Position numbers and translations under genes: made by a program. A stretch of 64,000 bases of DNA from Cyanophora paradoxa CCMP329 (Eukaryota; Plantae; Glaucophyta): positions 79,448-143,447 of the forward strand of contig QPMI01000629.1 in assembly GCA_004431415.1 (NCBI GenBank). The letters run 5' to 3'. Below are positions 60,300 through 64,000 of this stretch, in pieces; the first letter of the stretch is position 1; every line of letters starts with the position of its first letter. The notes under the pieces are model-generated. The model searched no databases. It had not been told where the DNA came from and was given only the letters and a program-made list of their open reading frames with translations.

Positions 60300-61625
60300 G
60301 CGCGTCGTCCGCAAGGCGAACGAGTGAAAGGGAGGGAGGGTGCCGCGCCGCAAGAGGCAGGGGGGTAGAAGAGTTTCCGGGCGCCATGCGCCCCGCGCCG
60401 ATGGACCAGGCCTAGGGGGCGCCGAAGCTCGTTCTGGGGCGTCGGGCGAGTCTCCAGGGGGGAGGGGGGGGCCGCCGGGGGTACGGCTCGAGCTTTCGCG
60501 CCGCTCTCTCTCGGGGGCGGCGGCGAGTTTCGAAGGGGGGGGGGGGGGAGCTTGAGGGGGGTAGCTGGGGGTACGAGCGAGATTCTAGCGCCGCCCTCTG
60601 TCGGGGGCGCGGCGAGTCTCCGGGGGGGTGAAACGAGGGGTACGTGGGGTACGGTCGAGATTCGAGAGTCGTTTGCTTCGAGGGGGTGGCGGCGAGTCTC
60701 CAGGGGGGGAGGGGGGAGGTAGGTGGGGGTACGGTCAGAGATTCAGCGCCACCCTCTTTCGGGGGCGGCGGCGAGTCTCCAGGGGGGGAGGGGGAGATAG
60801 CTCGGGGTACGGTCAGAGATTCAGCGCCACCCTCTTTCGGGGGCGGCGGCGAGTCTCCAGGGGGGGTGGGACGAGGGGCACGTGGGGGTACGGGAGAAAT
60901 TATAGAGCTGTTCGCTTCGAGGGGGTGGAGGCGAGTCTCCAGGGGGGGAGGGGGAGGTAGGTGGGGGTACGGTCAGAGATTTAGGGCGGCGCGGCTCTGG
61001 ATCTCTCTCGGGGGCGGCGGCGAGTCTCCGGGGGGGTGGGACGAAGGGTACGTGGGGGTATGGCCGAGATTATGGAGCAGTTCGCTTTGAGGGGGTGGCG
61101 GTGAGTCTCCAGAGGTAGGAGGAGGCCACCGAAACTCGCCGCGCCCCCTCAGGGACCCGTTGCACGGGCGTGAGAGCCAAGGGTGAGCGAGCTCGAGGAG
61201 AAGGCCGGTCCCGTACCCCGTCTCCCAACCTGGACCCGCTGGAAAACTCGCCACGCCCCCTCAGGGCCGGCTGCACGAGCGTGAGAAGCCGAGGGGGAGC
61301 GAGGGAAAGGCCGGTCCCGTACCGGGACCCATCTCCCAAACCTGCCCCCCGCCGCTGAAACGCGCCGCGCGCCCTCAGGGGCCGGCTGCACGAGCGTGAG
61401 AAACCGAGGGGGAGCGAGGGAAAGGTCGGTCCCGTACCCCGTCTCCCAAACCTGCCTCTGCCGCTGGAAACTCGCCACGCGCCCTCGGGGGCCGCTGCAC
61501 GGGCATGAGAAACTTTAAGCCGAGGGCGAGCGAGGGAAGGGCGGACCCGTACCCGTCTACAAACCCGCCCCTGCCGCTGGAAACTCGCCGCGCGCCCCTC
61601 AGGGCCCGCTGCACGGGCGCGAGAA
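60300..61625. repeat. Diverged inverted copy of 30170-32980 (unique tail + 60-bp array + ~4.5 copies of the 111-bp unit)
   Basis: GCCGCAAGAGGCAGGGGGGTAG..GGCGCCATGCGCCCC (60347-60394) is the reverse complement of ~32886-32936. The array junction at 61100-61155 is the reverse complement of ~31972-32030. Confidence 0.9.
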
Positions 61626-61659
61626 TTCGGAGCCGAGGCGAGCGAGGAGAAGACCACCA

Positions 61660-61885
61660 CCCCTCCCCTGGAGACTCGCCGGCTCCCCCTCTGAGAGAGC
61701 GGTTGCTCGAGATTTGATCGTACCCTCACCAACCCCCGCCCCCCGCCCCTGGGAGACTCGCCGGCTCCCCTCGGAGAGAGCGGCACTCGCGCGTCGTCCG
61801 TACCCCGCCGAATGGAAGATGAAACCCCGCCTCCCGCCCCTGGAGACTCGCCGCCGACCCCTCTGAGAGAGCGGCGCTCGGGATA
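61660..61885. repeat. Three further GGAGACTCGCC..GAGAGAGCGG units in + orientation
   Basis: GGAGACTCGCC at ~61670, 61752 and 61842. Confidence 0.75.
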
Positions 61886-62186
61886 CGCAATATATATAAG
61901 GAATGCGAGAGGTCTAGATCGCAGAGGGACCGGAGCGTGCGGCCAGAGCACCTTCAGGTGATCGCGGTCAGGGCTCAGATTTCGAAACGATATAAAGGAA
62001 CGCGCGCGCGCGCGCCTCTATCTCTGCGCACACGGATCCGGGCCGGGCGGGCACTCACGACACGATCCATAGATTGCGATCGATCGAAACTGGGTTCGCC
62101 CCAAGATTCGTGATCGCGATCGGCGGCATAAATTTCAGACCGCTTTCCACAGAGCCCTCAGTCCCCACACCGCGACGAAAACGATC

Positions 62187-63107
62187 ATGAGCAGTTGCGT
62201 CCACCCTTACGTCGCGTCCCGGGGCCGAGGGCGACGTGTGCACGTCCTGCGGCATGTGCCTCGACGCGTACGGGTCGTACGCGACGCCCCTGGGCCTCGT
62301 CTGCGACGAGCAGGGCGGCGCCGGCGTCGCGTCCTCGCACGATCGATATCTGCAACTGGGGCTGGATCTGCTACGCGATATTCCAGAGCCGGCGCCGCGC
62401 ACGTGCACGTGGCAGCCTTCCAAGTCTAGTTCTGCGCGCGCAATCCCGAGCTCGAGCGCGCACGGTACCCACGCGAATATGAATCGCACGGAGCTGGATC
62501 AGACTGTGAGGGAGACGGCAGAGCGCATGCTCCTCCCGGAGATTGTCTGGCGCGAGGCCCTGGAAACGCTCCGCGAGAAGCGCGCCGTGATCTCGGGGAG
62601 GCGGTACACATCCTCGCCCTCGCGGCCCTCTATCTGGCCGTCCAACAGCTCGATATCCTCGTGGGATACACGATTTCGAGCACGCGGCCCCTCCCGAGGC
62701 GCGCCACGAGGTCCGAAAGTACGTTCGCGTCCTCTTGGAGGCGACGCCGGCGCCGGCGCCGGCCGCGGGGCCCCCGCGGGCGATCGGCGCGAGGGCCGTC
62801 GCCTTCACACGTACGACTTGGGCGTGTCCCTCGTGGAAAGCGTCGGAAAGAATATTGGAATCGACGGTTCGATCATCTCGGCCGCCCAGAAGCGCTACAG
62901 AGAGTACTGGAGGCGGGACGAGCTCGTTCCAGGACCCCGAAGATCCTAGCGATAGGGGCGCTCGCGCTCGCGGCCAAGCTCTCCGCGCGCTTCCTGGTCC
63001 ACGCGAAAAATCGCGATTCGAGCCGGGGCCTCTCCTCGACCGCCGCGCGCGCTGCGGTCAGGGAGATGAGGGCACGGCTCGGGATAGACCTAGATCTAGA
63101 CCCGTAA
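62187..63107 (+). CDS. TFIIB-like protein (Zn ribbon + two cyclin-fold repeats), intronless, frameshifted
   Basis: SCVH...DVCTSCGMCLD ribbon. Repeat 1: AERMLLPEIVWREALETL..ISGRR..LALAALYLAVQQ. Repeat 2: VGKNIGIDGSIISAAQK..KILAIGALALAAKL. Confidence 0.65.
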
Positions 63108-64000
63108 TCAAGTGCTAGAACTCGATCGATATCCAGATCTAGCTCGAAATTGACTTTGTCATGTGAATATTTGTATACGTAGCCTGGATGATTTTCCGCA
63201 GAAACTTGAAATATCGCTAGCCATGATATCGATCATGATCATGAATTTGAATATAGATTAATATATTCATCTGGAGCAGATCCTAGCTATAGTTATGACG
63301 AGTCAGTTGAATAAACAAATCTAAAGCTCACGATGAAGACTCTGAGATGAAAACTACGATATGCATATGGCAGCGCATCTGCAGCGATCGCGATACATGT
63401 ATACCGTACAGGCATGATTATGGACAGAGGGACGCGCCTAAAAGGACGCGCCGGCCCGCGCCTCATGGCATGTACACGGTCAGCCCTCTCCGCAGAAATT
63501 CGAATCCGTGACCATCGAGGTGGACGACGCCTAGCTATAGCTCCTTGAGAGTATAGTTGAACATCGCAGGCCTATAGCTAGGTGCGCGCGCACCGGCTGC
63601 GAAATTTTCAGACGTCTCACGGGGGATTCGAAAATTCGTATTCACAGCCCAGGCCATGTCCACGCACACTCATATTGCCTAGACCATCGCAGCGCGTCGA
63701 GGTCGAGGCATGGCATCTGCAAACTCGCCCCCCAGCCGCGATCGCGATCGCGATCGCGATGAAGAGAAAGATCTAGATCCGGGTTCCGGATCCGGAGCGA
63801 GCGCGAGGGGGCGGTTGCTGCCCTCCGCCGAGCTCGGGGGGCGGGTCCAGGCCCCTTTCGACTCCCGCCCGCCAAAGTCCAACTTCCAGCGTACCTGAGC
63901 GTGGGGAGGGACCCGGCCCTCGCCTTTCGCCCCTCGTGCGGCGCGATGCCAGGTCGAGCGGGTCCCACCCCATCGTACATGCTTCCCTGCGCCGTCTCGC

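Larger units (their letters stand above)
24200..63110. mobile_element. Putative giant virus-like integrative element (tyrosine recombinase + primase-helicase + TFIIB-like + RING + GIY-YIG), ends undefined
   Basis: Clustered intron-poor genes of families typical of large DNA viruses and transposons, a shared TATA-like promoter spacing, and shared repeat-array motifs. No target-site duplication or terminal repeats were identified. Confidence 0.55.

Noticed and set aside
24313-63107. Programmed frameshifting or wholesale pseudogenisation to explain the many frameshifts
   Set aside because: Most shifts are 1-bp losses in G/C runs, and the same losses appear among satellite copies. Long-read consensus error is more parsimonious; this cannot be resolved without polishing.
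1-64000. rRNA/tRNA genes, capsid, DNA polymerase B and DDE transposase genes
   Set aside because: No recognisable signatures seen by eye; divergent capsid genes cannot be excluded without profile searches.

Overview
Eukaryotic, very GC-rich genomic DNA from a protist or alga, with short GT..AG introns. Many single-base frameshifts fall in homopolymers and look like long-read consensus errors. The window opens with the 3' part of an intron-containing host gene for a Ser/Pro-rich type I membrane protein (1-2465). About 20 kb of complex repeats follow: a ~1.6-1.9 kb block built of ~148-bp subunits, a direct-repeat-flanked gene, an inverted-repeat element and a hierarchical ~119 bp/1.1 kb/4.5 kb satellite. 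From ~24.2 kb to ~63.1 kb lies a cluster of compact, TATA-driven, virus-like genes: a probable Bro-N + Ulp1/C48 protease + tyrosine-recombinase fusion, a fused AEP primase/Zn finger/UL9(OBP)-like SF2 helicase, a C3HC4 RING protein, a TFIIB-like protein, a degenerate SLX1-like GIY-YIG protein, a beta-propeller protein and Zn-knuckle proteins. These genes are interspersed with tandem arrays that share the motif GGA(G/A)ACTCGCC, two of which form a large inverted repeat (30.2-33.0 kb vs 60.3-61.6 kb). I saw no capsid, DNA polymerase B or packaging ATPase. The best interpretation (inference) is an integrated, tyrosine-recombinase-mobilised, primase-helicase-replicated giant element or virus relic. 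A LINE fragment and a multi-intron AAA+ ATPase gene sit inside it. Comparing repeat copies also reveals a recurrent X-revcomp(X)-X micro-insertion signature. All family assignments come from motif recognition by eye, not from database searches, and most boundaries are approximate.
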